64,000 nucleotides of DNA from the IMG/VR virus record IMGVR_UViG_3300004369_000009, positions 9,657 to 73,656 of that record; one strand, 5' to 3'. The notes below the pieces were generated by a model. The model saw only the letters and a program-made list of their open reading frames with translations, was not told the DNA's origin and did not search any database. The DNA is from a virus. The translations under genes were made by a program, and so were the position numbers. The number at the start of each line of letters is the position of its first letter. The stretch's first letter is position 1. Of the stretch, positions 9,306 through 21,200 are shown in pieces.

Positions 9306-10806
9306 AATGATTTGGGAGTTTAGCAACGTGCCTTTCTAGACTGGTCTTATACTTTTCAAACTGTCTAACAGCAGATTCTATTTCTGCTTGTGGATACTCG
9401 TTACGATTTCTAGTATAGATACTATCGGTCTGAGTCAAAGGATGGTATCCAAGACCAGCAGCAATATAAACCAATCCTCCAAGGTCTTTCGGAGCATTTG
9501 CGATATTGAAATTATGTATGAACTCTTGATAGAGTCTAGGTGACCTTACCACTTTATCATACATCTCTTCATATGTCAGTGGACTACGCTCAGTATAATA
9601 TCTCCAGTAAGGAGTATCGTCTCTGGGTGACAGATAATAATGCATGTAGACGAACTCTTTCATTGCTTCGAGTTCGTATGACACAGCATGGTTATATCCA
9701 TCAATGTCAATCTGAGTGATCTTACCGTTCCTTCTTTCAAAGGTATCAACCAATCGAAGAATGTTCTCGTGTGTAGTGAAGAGACCTGTGGATTCTAGTG
9801 GCTCTAGGAAACCATAGGATAGTCCAATACCAATAACATTCTTATACCACCCAAACTTGTGCTTACCGTGGCGGAACTTGATGTGTTTGACTTCTCCATC
9901 CCACTTGACATGATCACGGAACTCCTTCTCTGCCTGTTCTTGGGAACAGAACTTAGAGGAATAAACATAGCCAGTTCCGATACGATCCCAGGTAGGAATA
10001 GTCCATACCCATCCATTACCTAAAGCATAACCATCGGTCGTGTTAATCATCTGCTCCCTACGATTAGTGTAGGGAATACGTGCTGCGACAGCAGAGTCAT
10101 TAGGGAGATCATCTTCAAAAGAGATATAGGGAACTCCCATATATCCCTCTAGGATTGCTGACTTAAACCCAGTACAGTCAATAAAATAATCGGCATGATA
10201 CTGATACCCCTCGTCATCGAGCAGGTACACAATCTCACCCTTATCATTAAGTGAGGCACCACTGATGTCAGCATAATGGTGAGTCACATTCAGACAAAGG
10301 TTCTTACGCAACCATTGCCCAAACTGATCGGCATCAAAGTGGTAAGCCGCAATCCACTTTTTACTGTAGTTCGGGAAGTATGGATCGTCATCGCACATCT
10401 TATTGGCAGCTGCCAGATATGAGACTGGATTATAGAACTCAGAAAATGTTGTGTCTGGGAATTGTTCTGGGAAGAAGTTATGGATGTGATACCAATCTAG
10501 AAATCCACCACGAGAGTAATCAAAGTCACCAAAAGGATACTGGAAGACATCTCCCTCATTCTTCCAGTTGGTGAACTGAATTGATAATTTATACGTTGCC
10601 TTACAGGAAGGCATCCAGTCTTTATCCTCAATACCCAGACAATCTAAGTACCGATTAAAATGCCCTAGGGTAGATTCACCTACACCCAAAGGCTTAGAGT
10701 GTTGGCTTTCGACTAGAGTGATATCCCACTGGGGAAACTTTTTAGATAAAGCGGCAGCAGTCATCCATCCTGAACTGCCACCGCCAACAATACAAATCTT
10801 ACGCAT
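9244..10806 (-). CDS. prnA: Flavin-dependent (tryptophan-type) halogenase 1
   Basis: Start reassigned to MRKICIVGGGSSG (GxGxxG). Also GVGEST, catalytic Lys in ATYKLSI, GWVWTIP and FLEPLESTG. Confidence 0.92.
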   Translation of the reverse strand: MRKICIVGGGSSGWMTAAALSKKFPQWDITLVESQHSKPLGVGESTLGHFNRYLDCLGIEDKDWMPSCKATYKLSIQFTNWKNEGDVFQYPFGDFDYSRGGFLDWYHIHNFFPEQFPDTTFSEFYNPVSYLAAANKMCDDDPYFPNYSKKWIAAYHFDADQFGQWLRKNLCLNVTHHYADISGASLNDKGEIVYLLDDEGYQYHADYFIDCTGFKSAILEGYMGVPYISFEDDLPNDSAVAARIPYTNRREQMINTTDGYALGNGWVWTIPTWDRIGTGYVYSSKFCSQEQAEKEFRDHVKWDGEVKHIKFRHGKHKFGWYKNVIGIGLSYGFLEPLESTGLFTTHENILRLVDTFERRNGKITQIDIDGYNHAVSYELEAMKEFVYMHYYLSPRDDTPYWRYYTERSPLTYEEMYDKVVRSPRLYQEFIHNFNIANAPKDLGGLVYIAAGLGYHPLTQTDSIYTRNRNEYPQAEIESAVRQFEKYKTSLERHVAKLPNHYDYLVKNIYGVDEETQKTAC

Positions 10807-12367
10807 GAATATAGTGAGGAACATCAACACCAGACACACGTTCATAATAGAACTCTTCTGGTGTGGGGAATTCATCGATCTCCCGCACCGTATCGGGGTG
10901 GAGCTCGTACCCAGATTCTAGCGTCCTCCACTGGCTTAAGTCAAGGCTATGCCGCCTTTCCATGTAGTCAGCGTGCCATGAAGTCACTGGATGCTGGTTG
11001 AATCCAGCAGCAAGATATGCGTTACCTTCAAGATTATTCATATTCCAGATGTTCATGTCATGCATATCTAGGAAGATCTGTTTCTGAGGATACACTCGAT
11101 ACTCATCTTGAACGTGAGCACTGAGATAATCAATATCCTGAGTGATGTACTTCCAGTAGGGAGTATCTTCCCTGGTGGATAGCATGAAGTGATTGCCCAC
11201 AAAGTAAGCAAAGTTCTGGAAGTTCTGACGGCAACGACGATTGAACTGATCCTTGAGTAGCGTGTTCACCTTGCCATCATGTGCTGACAAAGCATCACAC
11301 AAATACATGGCGAAGTTGTGAGCACTCATGAGTCCATTGGATTCGAGTGGCTCAATAAAACCAGCAGAGAGTCCAATGCCAACAACGTTCTTGTTCCAGA
11401 TCTTCTTGGAGACGCCGTTCTTCCATTCAATCAAACGGAAGTCACTGATCTGACGATCCTCAAATCCCTCGCCCAGGTGCGCCTTGAACTCCTCCAGAGC
11501 ATCCTCATCCGAGATGAACTTGCTGCTGAAGTTATATCCAGTACCGTAGCGAGTGCTGAGAGGAACATGCCAGACCCAGCCATTACCCAGTGCGGTACAC
11601 AGAGTATGGTTGAGCATCTCTGTCTTCTTGTCCTTATACTTCAGGCGAACTGCCCAGGCACGATCATTGATCAGGAATGGGAATTCATCCCACTCAGTAC
11701 CCAGGGTCTCACCCAAAAGCAGAGACTTAAAGCCAGTACAGTCAATAAACAAATCAGCGCTGTAGAAAGTATCACCAACATAGACTCGCTTGATACCAGT
11801 CTCGTCGTGATCAATCTCAGTGACAGTGCCCTGTACATGCTTGACGCCACGGGGAACACAGAACTCACGACGCAGATACTCAGCAAACTTCTGAGCATCC
11901 ATATGATACCCAGCATTGTCTAGATAGCTGAAGTAATCAACGTCCCGAGGAACGACCTTGTTATCTTCGATGATCTTCCAATAAGGAACCATCCACTCGC
12001 AGAAGGACTTATCTGGATTACCGTTAGTAGCACGGTAATGAAGGAACCAGTCCAGAAGTCCAACCTTTGCGTTGGGTGGCTCTTTACCAGGAAAGAATGG
12101 GTAGTGGAAATCACCGTACTCGCTGAAGTTCTTAAACTTCACACTGTACTTATAGGTGGCTTCGCACTCATCCATCCAGACATCAGAGAGACACATCTCT
12201 CTAGTCCAGTCCCTAAAAAATTGGGTAGTCGATTCTCCGACACCAATCGTAGGAATGTCTGGTGACTCGATTAGAGTAATTTGCTTTTCAGGAAAAAATC
12301 TAATCAAAGAAGCAGCGGCAATCCATCCAGCGGTGCCGCCGCCAACAATACAAATTTTATCAATCAT
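10799..12367 (-). CDS. prnA: Flavin-dependent (tryptophan-type) halogenase 2
   Basis: IVGGGTAG, GVGEST, ATYKYSV, GWVWHVP, FIEPLESNG. Confidence 0.92.
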   Translation of the reverse strand: MIDKICIVGGGTAGWIAAASLIRFFPEKQITLIESPDIPTIGVGESTTQFFRDWTREMCLSDVWMDECEATYKYSVKFKNFSEYGDFHYPFFPGKEPPNAKVGLLDWFLHYRATNGNPDKSFCEWMVPYWKIIEDNKVVPRDVDYFSYLDNAGYHMDAQKFAEYLRREFCVPRGVKHVQGTVTEIDHDETGIKRVYVGDTFYSADLFIDCTGFKSLLLGETLGTEWDEFPFLINDRAWAVRLKYKDKKTEMLNHTLCTALGNGWVWHVPLSTRYGTGYNFSSKFISDEDALEEFKAHLGEGFEDRQISDFRLIEWKNGVSKKIWNKNVVGIGLSAGFIEPLESNGLMSAHNFAMYLCDALSAHDGKVNTLLKDQFNRRCRQNFQNFAYFVGNHFMLSTREDTPYWKYITQDIDYLSAHVQDEYRVYPQKQIFLDMHDMNIWNMNNLEGNAYLAAGFNQHPVTSWHADYMERRHSLDLSQWRTLESGYELHPDTVREIDEFPTPEEFYYERVSGVDVPHYIHA

Positions 12368-12384
12368 AATCTAGATGGATATCC

Positions 12385-12900
12385 TCAGGAGATTCTAACA
12401 GGTCTACCAGTTACGGGATCAGGACCCCAGCCCTCTTCGTAAACTGTCCCATTCCTAAAGGTTGTGACCTTTTGACGCTTTTCTGCGGGAAGAGATTCCC
12501 AAGCAGGAGCATCCTCGGTACCCATCTCAAACTCTCTCTTATCAGCGTAGAAAGTAGGATTAGCATCAGCAATAGACTGAGTGGGTTCTGCTGATTTGAT
12601 CGAGGCAATATGATCTTTCCAGGTGGTCGTTCCGTTGACCTGATCCCAGTACATCATATCCAGCTGCTCTTCGATAGAGCCATATGCGACCTTACGCTTC
12701 ATATCCTGGTTACGTTCCAGGCGAAGATCTCCAGAGAAAAACTCTCCGTTATAAAGGACCCAAGTATTATCCACATTGTCATCATCACAAATGACCCAGC
12801 GGATATGAGAATCGGGACCTTGATATACTTCAAATTCATCACCAACATCTCTGATGTCAGTAATAAATCCTCTGTAATCTACAAGACAACTTTTAGCCAT
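12385..12900 (-). CDS. Tail-fibre-associated small protein (assembly/chaperone-like)
   Basis: RKVAYGSIEEQLDMMYWD...W..HI..IK motif, typical of small genes that follow fibre genes; gene position. Confidence 0.55.
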   Translation of the reverse strand: MAKSCLVDYRGFITDIRDVGDEFEVYQGPDSHIRWVICDDDNVDNTWVLYNGEFFSGDLRLERNQDMKRKVAYGSIEEQLDMMYWDQVNGTTTWKDHIASIKSAEPTQSIADANPTFYADKREFEMGTEDAPAWESLPAEKRQKVTTFRNGTVYEEGWGPDPVTGRPVRIS

Positions 12901-12923
12901 TTTACTTTAGATTCCTTGGTAAC

Positions 12924-12930
12924 TATTTAG
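12924..12930 (-). promoter_or_regulatory. Late promoter CTAAATA upstream of the 171-aa gene and the halogenase/oxygenase cassette
   Basis: NTAAATA cyanophage late consensus in a 32-nt intergenic gap. Confidence 0.65.
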
Positions 12931-12932
12931 AG

Positions 12933-13688
12933 TTAAATGAATTCCATAACAACAACACATCCCTTCATGCCATTGGCACCTTGATAAGAACGCTGATAAC
13001 CAGATGTTCCACCCGCACCATAAGCAGCACGTAGTTGGTTAGATCGAGTACCTTGTACCCAGTTACCATGAGCACTCATAGTACCGCAACCAAAGAAAGA
13101 GCTGCCACCATGACCCATGTAGTTCATGTGACCAATTCCACCACCACCATAAATGTTTAGATTGCCACCAGAGCCCAAACCACCAAGACCACCGCAGTGT
13201 TGGAAAGACTGGTTAGCACCGAGACCCCCCGACGCAGAAAGGTAGTTTCCGAACGAGGATGACTGACCGCCTCCACCATTACCAGAATAATAAGTGCCGC
13301 TCTGAGAGCCATTGCCCACAGTAATAGTAACAGACGAGATTCCACGGACATCGATTACCTCTTCGGAATAGCCGCCTGCGCCGCCCGATTCAGAATGACC
13401 TGATCCGCCACCGCCAGCACCTACGACACGAACCAAGACACGGTTGATGCCTGCTGGTTTAGTCCAAGTAGCACTATTATAAAAAGTCTGAATACTAGCG
13501 GGACCGATATTTTTATACGACGCAGAAGTTCCGTCACTGACAAGAAACTTACCAGCATTACCTTCTGGTGGGGGTGGAATAGAGTTCTTGTTCAGAGTAG
13601 TTCCACCGAGGGACAGGTTGTATCCATCGGGGATAAGAATAGTAGTTCCCGACGCAGCGTCGAGTTCATTGATACGAATATTAGACAT
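12933..13688 (-). CDS. Glycine-rich tail-fibre tip/adhesin-like protein, paralog 3
   Basis: MSNIRINEL N-terminus; TWTKPAG..RVLVRVVGAGGGG; repeated Gly tracts; ends G.VVVMEF. Confidence 0.75.
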   Translation of the reverse strand: MSNIRINELDAASGTTILIPDGYNLSLGGTTLNKNSIPPPPEGNAGKFLVSDGTSASYKNIGPASIQTFYNSATWTKPAGINRVLVRVVGAGGGGSGHSESGGAGGYSEEVIDVRGISSVTITVGNGSQSGTYYSGNGGGGQSSSFGNYLSASGGLGANQSFQHCGGLGGLGSGGNLNIYGGGGIGHMNYMGHGGSSFFGCGTMSAHGNWVQGTRSNQLRAAYGAGGTSGYQRSYQGANGMKGCVVVMEFI

Positions 13689-13691
13689 TGT

Positions 13692-14453
13692 TTATGCGAA
13701 GTTCCAAACTACTACAATACCTGCCATACCTCTAGCACCACGAGTAGAAGTGTGATAGCCAGGAGAACCACCACTACCAGGGGCAGCTCTGTATTGGTGG
13801 TTGTAAGCATAGTGACCGCCACGAGGGTGACCAGTAGCACCAGCTCCGCCCCAGAAAGATCCACCGCCAGGATATCCAGCCCAATACTCGTGACCAGATC
13901 CACCACCACCATAGATGTTAAGTTGACCACCTGAGCCTACGCCAGGAAGTCCTCCACAGTGCTGGAAGTTACGGTTGGCACCGTTACCACCAGAGGCAGA
14001 CAGATAGTTACCGAAAGAAGTAGTACCGCCATTAGCAGCACCACTAGAGTAGAAAGTACCACCCCAAGATCCAGGTTGCCCAACGGTAATAGAAACAGAA
14101 GAGATGCCAGTAACGTCGATAATTTCTTCGGCGTATCCACCAGCACCACCTGCTTCACCCACACCTGAACCAGCACCGCCAGCACCAGAAAGTCTAACGA
14201 GAATTCTCTTTACGCCAGAAGGTCTACTCCAAGTTCCGTTGGATGTCCATACCTGCATCGATACGGCACCATGTTCAGTCCATGATCTAGTAGACCCGTC
14301 ACTGGTCAAGATTTTACCATTTTGACCAGCTGGAGAAGGCATGACACTAGAAGCATCCAGTGTCTTAGTACCCAGTCGAAGACTATAACCACTTTCAATG
14401 GTTACATTACTGCCCGACTGGGCTCTCAATTCATTGACCTTAAGAATAGACAT
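13692..14453 (-). CDS. Glycine-rich tail-fibre tip/adhesin-like protein, paralog 2
   Basis: Same architecture as its neighbours (GTWSRPSGVKRILVRLSGAGGAG; FQHCGG). Confidence 0.75.
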   Translation of the reverse strand: MSILKVNELRAQSGSNVTIESGYSLRLGTKTLDASSVMPSPAGQNGKILTSDGSTRSWTEHGAVSMQVWTSNGTWSRPSGVKRILVRLSGAGGAGSGVGEAGGAGGYAEEIIDVTGISSVSITVGQPGSWGGTFYSSGAANGGTTSFGNYLSASGGNGANRNFQHCGGLPGVGSGGQLNIYGGGGSGHEYWAGYPGGGSFWGGAGATGHPRGGHYAYNHQYRAAPGSGGSPGYHTSTRGARGMAGIVVVWNFA

Positions 14454-14456
14454 TGT

Positions 14457-15209
14457 TTACTTAAATTCCCAGATTACTACCATACCGTGTTTACCATCTG
14501 GTCCGAGGTAGGAACGGAACCAGCCATTAGCGCCACCCGATCCAGGAGCACATCTGTCTTGGTGGTTTCTCGAATAGTCTCCACCACGGGGATGTCCTCT
14601 GGCAGCGCAACCACCAAAGAAGGAATAACCACCTGCTCCGTTGTATCTACCATGAGCAGATCCACCACCGCCGTACATATTGATATCACCACCAGCACCA
14701 ATGCCACCCAGTCCACCAGCATGTTGGAATGACTGGTTAGCACCATCGCCACCAGTAGCAGAACAAAATGAACCAAAAGAAGTAGAACCGCCCTGGCTAG
14801 ATCTGCCAGAGTAATAAGTCCCCGCACCACCCTGTCCAACGACAACGGATACAGTATTTACTCCAGACACATCACAAACTCTTTCGGCGTATCCACCAGC
14901 ACCACCAGATTCAGCATGACCTGAACCACCGCCACCGCCACCTACAAGTCTAACAAGGACCGTATTTACGCCAGCGCTTTTAGTGTAGGTACCAGAACTC
15001 TGGAAAACTTGAATACTTTGAGCACCGTAAGTGTCATATGTCACGGACGATCCATCACTACCAACTGCTCTGTTTGCCTGCCCAGAAGCACTGGGCAGGA
15101 CAGAGTTCTCATCAATCTTGGCTCCACCAAGAGAGAGGGAAGTAGTAGCAGGGATTGTAATGGTAGATCCGCTATAAGAGCGGATGTTATTTACGTATAA
15201 CCTACTCAT
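14457..15209 (-). CDS. Glycine-rich tail-fibre tip/adhesin-like protein, paralog 1
   Basis: Same architecture (FQSSGTYTKSAG..VLVRLVGGGGGG); directly follows the long fibre gene. Confidence 0.75.
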   Translation of the reverse strand: MSRLYVNNIRSYSGSTITIPATTSLSLGGAKIDENSVLPSASGQANRAVGSDGSSVTYDTYGAQSIQVFQSSGTYTKSAGVNTVLVRLVGGGGGGSGHAESGGAGGYAERVCDVSGVNTVSVVVGQGGAGTYYSGRSSQGGSTSFGSFCSATGGDGANQSFQHAGGLGGIGAGGDINMYGGGGSAHGRYNGAGGYSFFGGCAARGHPRGGDYSRNHQDRCAPGSGGANGWFRSYLGPDGKHGMVVIWEFK

Positions 15210-15217
15210 AGATTTAC

Positions 15218-18200
15218 TTAGAGAATTACCCAGGCACCGCCTGAGGCGACTTGAATGGTCACGCCACTATTTATAGTGATAGGACCAAAGGATCCACAGG
15301 AGTCACCGTTGTTAATGGTGATGCTCTCACCAATGTTGTTACGGTTTCTCTTGATGATACCATAGGAGTCAAGATACTGCTTGTCTCCACCTGCTCTGAG
15401 AACAGTAGACTTTTGACCACTGGAGAGTGCTTCAGAAGCGTTAATGTTCAGTCCATTATCGCCAGTGACCTGAACTCTGTAACTAGACTGAATACTATCG
15501 CTACCTGGCTCGTGGAAGTGGCATCTACCACCTTCATCCCAAGAAGCAAAGGTCTGGTCACTATCATTTCTGAAGAAGAAGTCATTACCAGTTCTGATGT
15601 ATGTATGAGAGTTATTGGAGAAGTAGAATCTAGGTTGACCACCAGCATCATTGATCCAGGTATTGACTTGGCTAGACAGGTAAGGCAGGTTGTTTGCCTG
15701 ATAACCATCCAGCAGGTCAGCGTTCAGGTTAGAACATACTGTAGTGGAATCTACGTTGAAAGGAGAAGTACCAGTAGCAATGCGGGAACGAATCTGACCG
15801 AAGAAGTGAACGGTAGAATCGTTATAGCGGTACTTCATGACACGAGTGTCAGTACCATTATCTCTTCTGTAGAAGGTGATGTCGTCACCAGCCTCAGAAC
15901 CGAACGAGGCAGGAGAGTTGTCACCGTTGTAGGCAATACCACCGCCATAAACGCTGTCCTGACCAACGTACAGGTAACCAGTACCTTGGCTGTTGCCGTA
16001 TGCTTCAAAACCTGCCTGGTTGCTATCGCCTGCGAGTGCGCGGACGAAGGTGTTAGCAGATCTACTTGTAGTACCAAAGACAGCATTACCAGTAGAAGTC
16101 AGACTTTGAGCTGGGTTGCTATCGCCAATACCAATTCTATCATTACGGAAGTAGATTGTACCGTAGGACAGGTGAGTTCCATTGAATCCAAGGCTCTTAC
16201 CATCACTACCAAACTGGACGTAACCAGAGTTGGTGTCCTGTCTACCTCTGATGGACAGGTTGTTAGTGCCTGCCTTACCAAGGTTGATACCGTTGCCATC
16301 AGCAAGTTGAAGGATCGATTCACCAGTATTGGCGAAGATACCCTGGTCAGCGGTGATGTCCGAAACAAAGATATTGCTGCTAGCGTCTCTACGAACCAGA
16401 GCATTGGCAGTGTTAGTAGCGCTCTGGATGTAACCATCAACATAGTGTGCGTCCAACTGAGAGGAAGCACCGTCATTGCCAGAGTGCCATACGGTGTTGC
16501 CGTTCAGGGTAAAGGAACTGGTCTTGAGTTCGAGAACACCTTGACCGTCCTGTGCGGTACCGCCACTAACTTCAAATCTTACATCATAGTCAGCAGCCAG
16601 AGCGCCAGATCTAAAATCAATGGTTGGGGTGGCAACAACGTTAGTTCTACCGATCTCAAGCAAAGCACCGTTAGCGGTGTTGCTTATAGCGAACACTTGA
16701 CTTGCGCCAGTGGTCAGCAAGTTGGAAGAAGTAACAGTCCACTTGGTACCAGGGTTAGGACCAAAGACCTTGATATCTTTATTACTAAAGGCACCAACAA
16801 AGTTAATTGTACCTTTGACTAACGTGTAGACAGATCCAGTAGTTGAATCATTTACTTCAGTGATACCATTAGCAAGAACGGTAATTGTACCGATGTTGTT
16901 AACAGCGGCTTCATCGGAGTAGATGGTATAGACTCCGTTGTTAGACAAGTTACCAACGGGAGCAGTACCAGTAGAAGCGAAGTAGTCAGGGATATAAAGT
17001 TCATAAGTTTCACTGGAAGCAACCAGATAGAGGTTGTCAGCAAAATACTTATTGCGACCCAGGAGTTCGGGCAGAGCAGTATCACCAATGACACCATTTG
17101 TTCTCTGATCATTAATGTTGTAACCAGACTGGAACCAGAGACCTTGCTTACCGTCAAGGTAATCAGCGTCTGGACCAGGGAGAGTGCCACGACGAGGATC
17201 GTTAGGATCAGGAGCACCATCATTCTCAGAATGCCAAACCTTCGCCCACTGACCGTAAACCGTACCAGTGTCAGAGTTGCCTCTAAGGTACAGGTTGTCG
17301 GTGGCAGAGAAAGCCACCTGAGCAACGGAGTTACCAGTGGCAGATCTACGGAAGGTCATGATACCCGCTCTGGTACCACCCGCATCGGTAGGAATACCAG
17401 TTACGGAGTTAGATCTCAGAGCAAGCTGAGTACCTACGTTAGCAGCGCTAACCAGGGAAGCGTTAGCGGAGGATGGAGCAGTTGTCTCGCAGAACAGAGT
17501 GTTTGCGTAGTCTGCTGTACCAGAGATCGAGATGTTGTAGGTGGTGTTTGCCAGACGCTGAGGATCAAGGATACCCTCAACGAGGTTAGTGGCATTCTGA
17601 TAGAAGGAACCTTCGTTACCATCCAGTTTGTCAGCGTTCAGTTTAGAACCAGGACCCTGGTCAATGGTAACTTCACCAGCAGTAGTGATAACGAAACCAC
17701 CGAGGTCTTGGTTAGCCAGTGCTTGCTCAGAAGCGGGCTTACGGTACTTAGCGATACCATAGTTACCGAAGACAGAACCACCAGCCTGAAGGGTTGTTGG
17801 GGTAAGGTTGTTTGCCTTGAGAAGGTCAATCGAAGCATTACCGTAGTAACGAGAAAGTGTACCCTTAACAGCAGTCAAACTACCTGCTACAGCTGGCTGA
17901 CCCAGTTCGCTAGGAACAGTCAGAGTAAAGTTTGAGTTATATCCAGTACCAGGAGTAACAACAGAAACACTGGAGATGGCACCGAATATTGTGCTAGAAG
18001 TCAGAGTAGATACAGTTAAGGTTACACCCTGCTGAACAGTACCACCGAAGAGTGGACCATCAAATTCGAGAGTATCCCCACCACTGTAACCAGAACCACC
18101 ATCCAGGATGATGTCAACCGCAATGTCACCGACGGAATCAGTAATGAATCTAATCTGAACACCAAGACCAGCACCATCAGTGTTGGACGCGGCTACATCA

Positions 18201-21200
18201 AATGTAGAGTTGGGAGTATAAGATCCAGGAACAAAGTTGAGATTACTTACGCTGTCAATGATACCGCCAGTTACAACGTCAGAGACTGTGTATGTCGCAC
18301 GGGCGACCCCAGCTTCAGAGATTTGAACATTACCACCGACCATCGGGATGTTCTGGTATGTACCAACGGTATATCCAGAACCAGGATTAATGATATCAAC
18401 TCTTTCAATATAGCTATTATCCTGAATTGAAGATTCACCAACCAGAACATCATCTGTAGTAAATTTAATCGACTGAACAGCATACTGGAAGGAAGCATCA
18501 CCTCTAAGGAAGGTAAACGAGTTAGCGATGCCAGTATCAGCCAAGCGCTGTGGGTCAATAACACCAGCAACGATGTTAGAAGCATCAATGTTAGTGGAGG
18601 ACAACTGAGTCCAGTTTTGAGCGTTACTAGCAGATGTATTAACAACTCTGGTAATATCAACAATTCTCTTTCTGTTGTAGTTACCAGAAGTCAGAAGTGC
18701 TGTTTGAGCAACAACTGTATATTCATTTGCGTTGACAATGCTGTCAATAGCGTAGAATCCACTGGTCGAAGAACCAGAGGTGAACTCCAGGTATACAGTA
18801 TCACCTTGGCTAAATCCGTGATTGGTTTCAGTAACTGTGATATCGAAGGTATCGTGGGTATAGACACCACTTACTACAGTTAGGTTTGCTTCGTCAAGAA
18901 GGAAGTCAATATCAGAGAGTTTGATATTGTTGGCAAGATCGACAGTAAGTCTGGCTTCAATTCTAGCAGCATTGCCCTGAGCAGTAGCAGTTGTACCGCC
19001 CGTAGGAGCGCCAGTGAAGGAAACTGTAGGTGGGGTGTAGTAACCACTACCAGGATTAGTAATGGTGACAGATGCTACCTGACCATTAGTGATGGTACAA
19101 GTAGCAGTCGCTTGAGTACCACTGGGAGGAGCACCGATAGTAATACCAGGAGCTGTAGCGTATCCAGAACCAGGATCATCAATCAGAATGTCTCTTACAA
19201 CACCACCTTCGTAGTTAGTGACGATTACCTGAGCAGTGGTCTGAGATCCAACAAGTAGAGAATTGTTGTTGAATACGTACTGACTGTTTGGAGTAAACGC
19301 AGCAAACATCGTATCAAGGTCATTCTCCAGAATGTAGGAGATGGCAGCACCCTCTGTACGGAGGACATGAGTACCAGTACCTTGAGATGTCAGGTTTCTT
19401 TCTGTACCTGACTGAGCATCAGAAAGTGATGTAGCAAGTTTGATGTAGTCGGTGGTGTTAGCACCAACGGCATGTTGAATTACATAGTAGTTGGCACCAT
19501 CAGCCAAGTTACCGATGTTAGAGGTGCCTTGGAAATATGTCAGGATATCACCAGTATTCAAACCGTGAGATGGAATGGTGATGACGTTGTTGACAATATC
19601 GACGCTAGATGGAGCAACTTGGAAAGAAGTCGAAGTTGTTTCAATAGCGATGTCACCAGCGCTGGCATCTTCAATCGCGAGACGCTCAGCGGTAGATGTA
19701 ACCGATGTGATATTGAAAGGACGCAGAGCGGGGATCTGTTCAATGTTGATCTTACCGCTAGTAGTCAACTGAACCAGAGCGCTAGGAACAGCGTTGGTTG
19801 AGTATGGTTGGTTCAGATAAGGACCAAGTTTATTGGTGATGTAGTCCTTAACAGCAGCCTGTGTAGGCAGCAAGGAGTCAGAAGCAAAAGCACCACCCAG
19901 TTCATCACTATCAGAGAAACCAGTAACGGTGATAGAGCCACCAACGATCTTAATCGAAGACAGTTCGGAGATACTAACAGTACCAACGAAGCTGATACTA
20001 CCAGTTCTGTTGAAGATAGTAACGAAGTCACCAACCTTAAAGTCACCAAATTCATTAGTACCAGAGGTGTAGACCTGACCGTATGCTTCCTCAACGGCTT
20101 CGTTAGCAGGGATACCAACGCCACCGTTTTGAGGCAGAGCGTTGTAGGTATCACCAGCACCAACATATTCCCAGGTGTGGGAGGAGGAGTTACAGATCGA
20201 AGGTCTGTGGAGTCTGATGACAGCATTGTTCAGCAGATCCAGGTTACCATTCTGGAACGATACGTTTGTACCGTCAGAAGTTCTGATCAGATCGAGACCG
20301 AGACCATCGTTAGTAGTAATGTTAGCGGTGATCTGAGTACCAATAGAACCCGACAGTTTCTCAGTGCCGAGAATAAAGTATTCCTTGGATGGATCGGTAT
20401 TTGTAAATCCATCAAACTTGATGATATAATCTTCAACGGGGAAGTTGGTCATAGGACCACCAACCTCAATGATCTGACGACCAGTCTGAGCACCGTTATT
20501 ATCTGTCTGGTTTCTGACCTGAGTTACAGTACCAACGTCAAACTCATAAGCCTCAGTACGGTAACCAGTTGCCTTCAGAGCACGAGTACCAAAGTTAGAA
20601 GCAGAGTTAGTCAGAGAAGCATAACCACCAGACTGTACGACAACACCGTCGCCACCAAAGATGACGAAGACCGACACCAACTGGGTGTAACCATCGTTCA
20701 GAATGTTATATCCAACACCGCCGTTGACCGAGATGATCGTAAAGGCGTTGGCAACCATTGACTTGCCCTGAGGTGGGAAAGTAGGACGCTCAATACCGTT
20801 ACCATCGAGGAACACACCAGGACGGGGAACGTTTGGTTGAGCAACCTTAGCACCATCAATTTCAGCACCAGACGCACCCAAGAACGAAATCAGCGATGCG
20901 TTCTGGATGTAAGGAGATGCCTCAATGACAGGAAGGTCAAGGTTATCAGAGAGCATTGGAACTCTCTTAAGACCGCTATCATCTCTCAGCAAGGAGCTTG
21001 GCTCGGTAAGAGTTACGCCAGAGAGTGATGTGCCAGCAGTTGTAAGCGCATCATCCAGGATTGTATACAGACCTGTCAGGACGTTGATGGAAGCACCACA
21101 CTCAGGTTGGTTGCTATCAACTGTAGTAGATGCGTTATGGAATGGAGCAATACCACTGAAATTGCCTTGAGGGAGTTGGTTGCGAATAGCAAGGATCGAC

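Noticed and set aside
10807-10875. Hydrophobic N-terminal extension on halogenase 1 that looks like a signal peptide
   Set aside because: It is an artefact of longest-ORF calling; the FAD-binding fold begins at Met 10806, matching the paralog.
12933-15209. Possible diversity-generating retroelement or invertible cassette among the adhesin paralogs
   Set aside because: There is no reverse transcriptase or recombinase in the window and no near-identical nucleotide repeat; the paralogs are diverged throughout.
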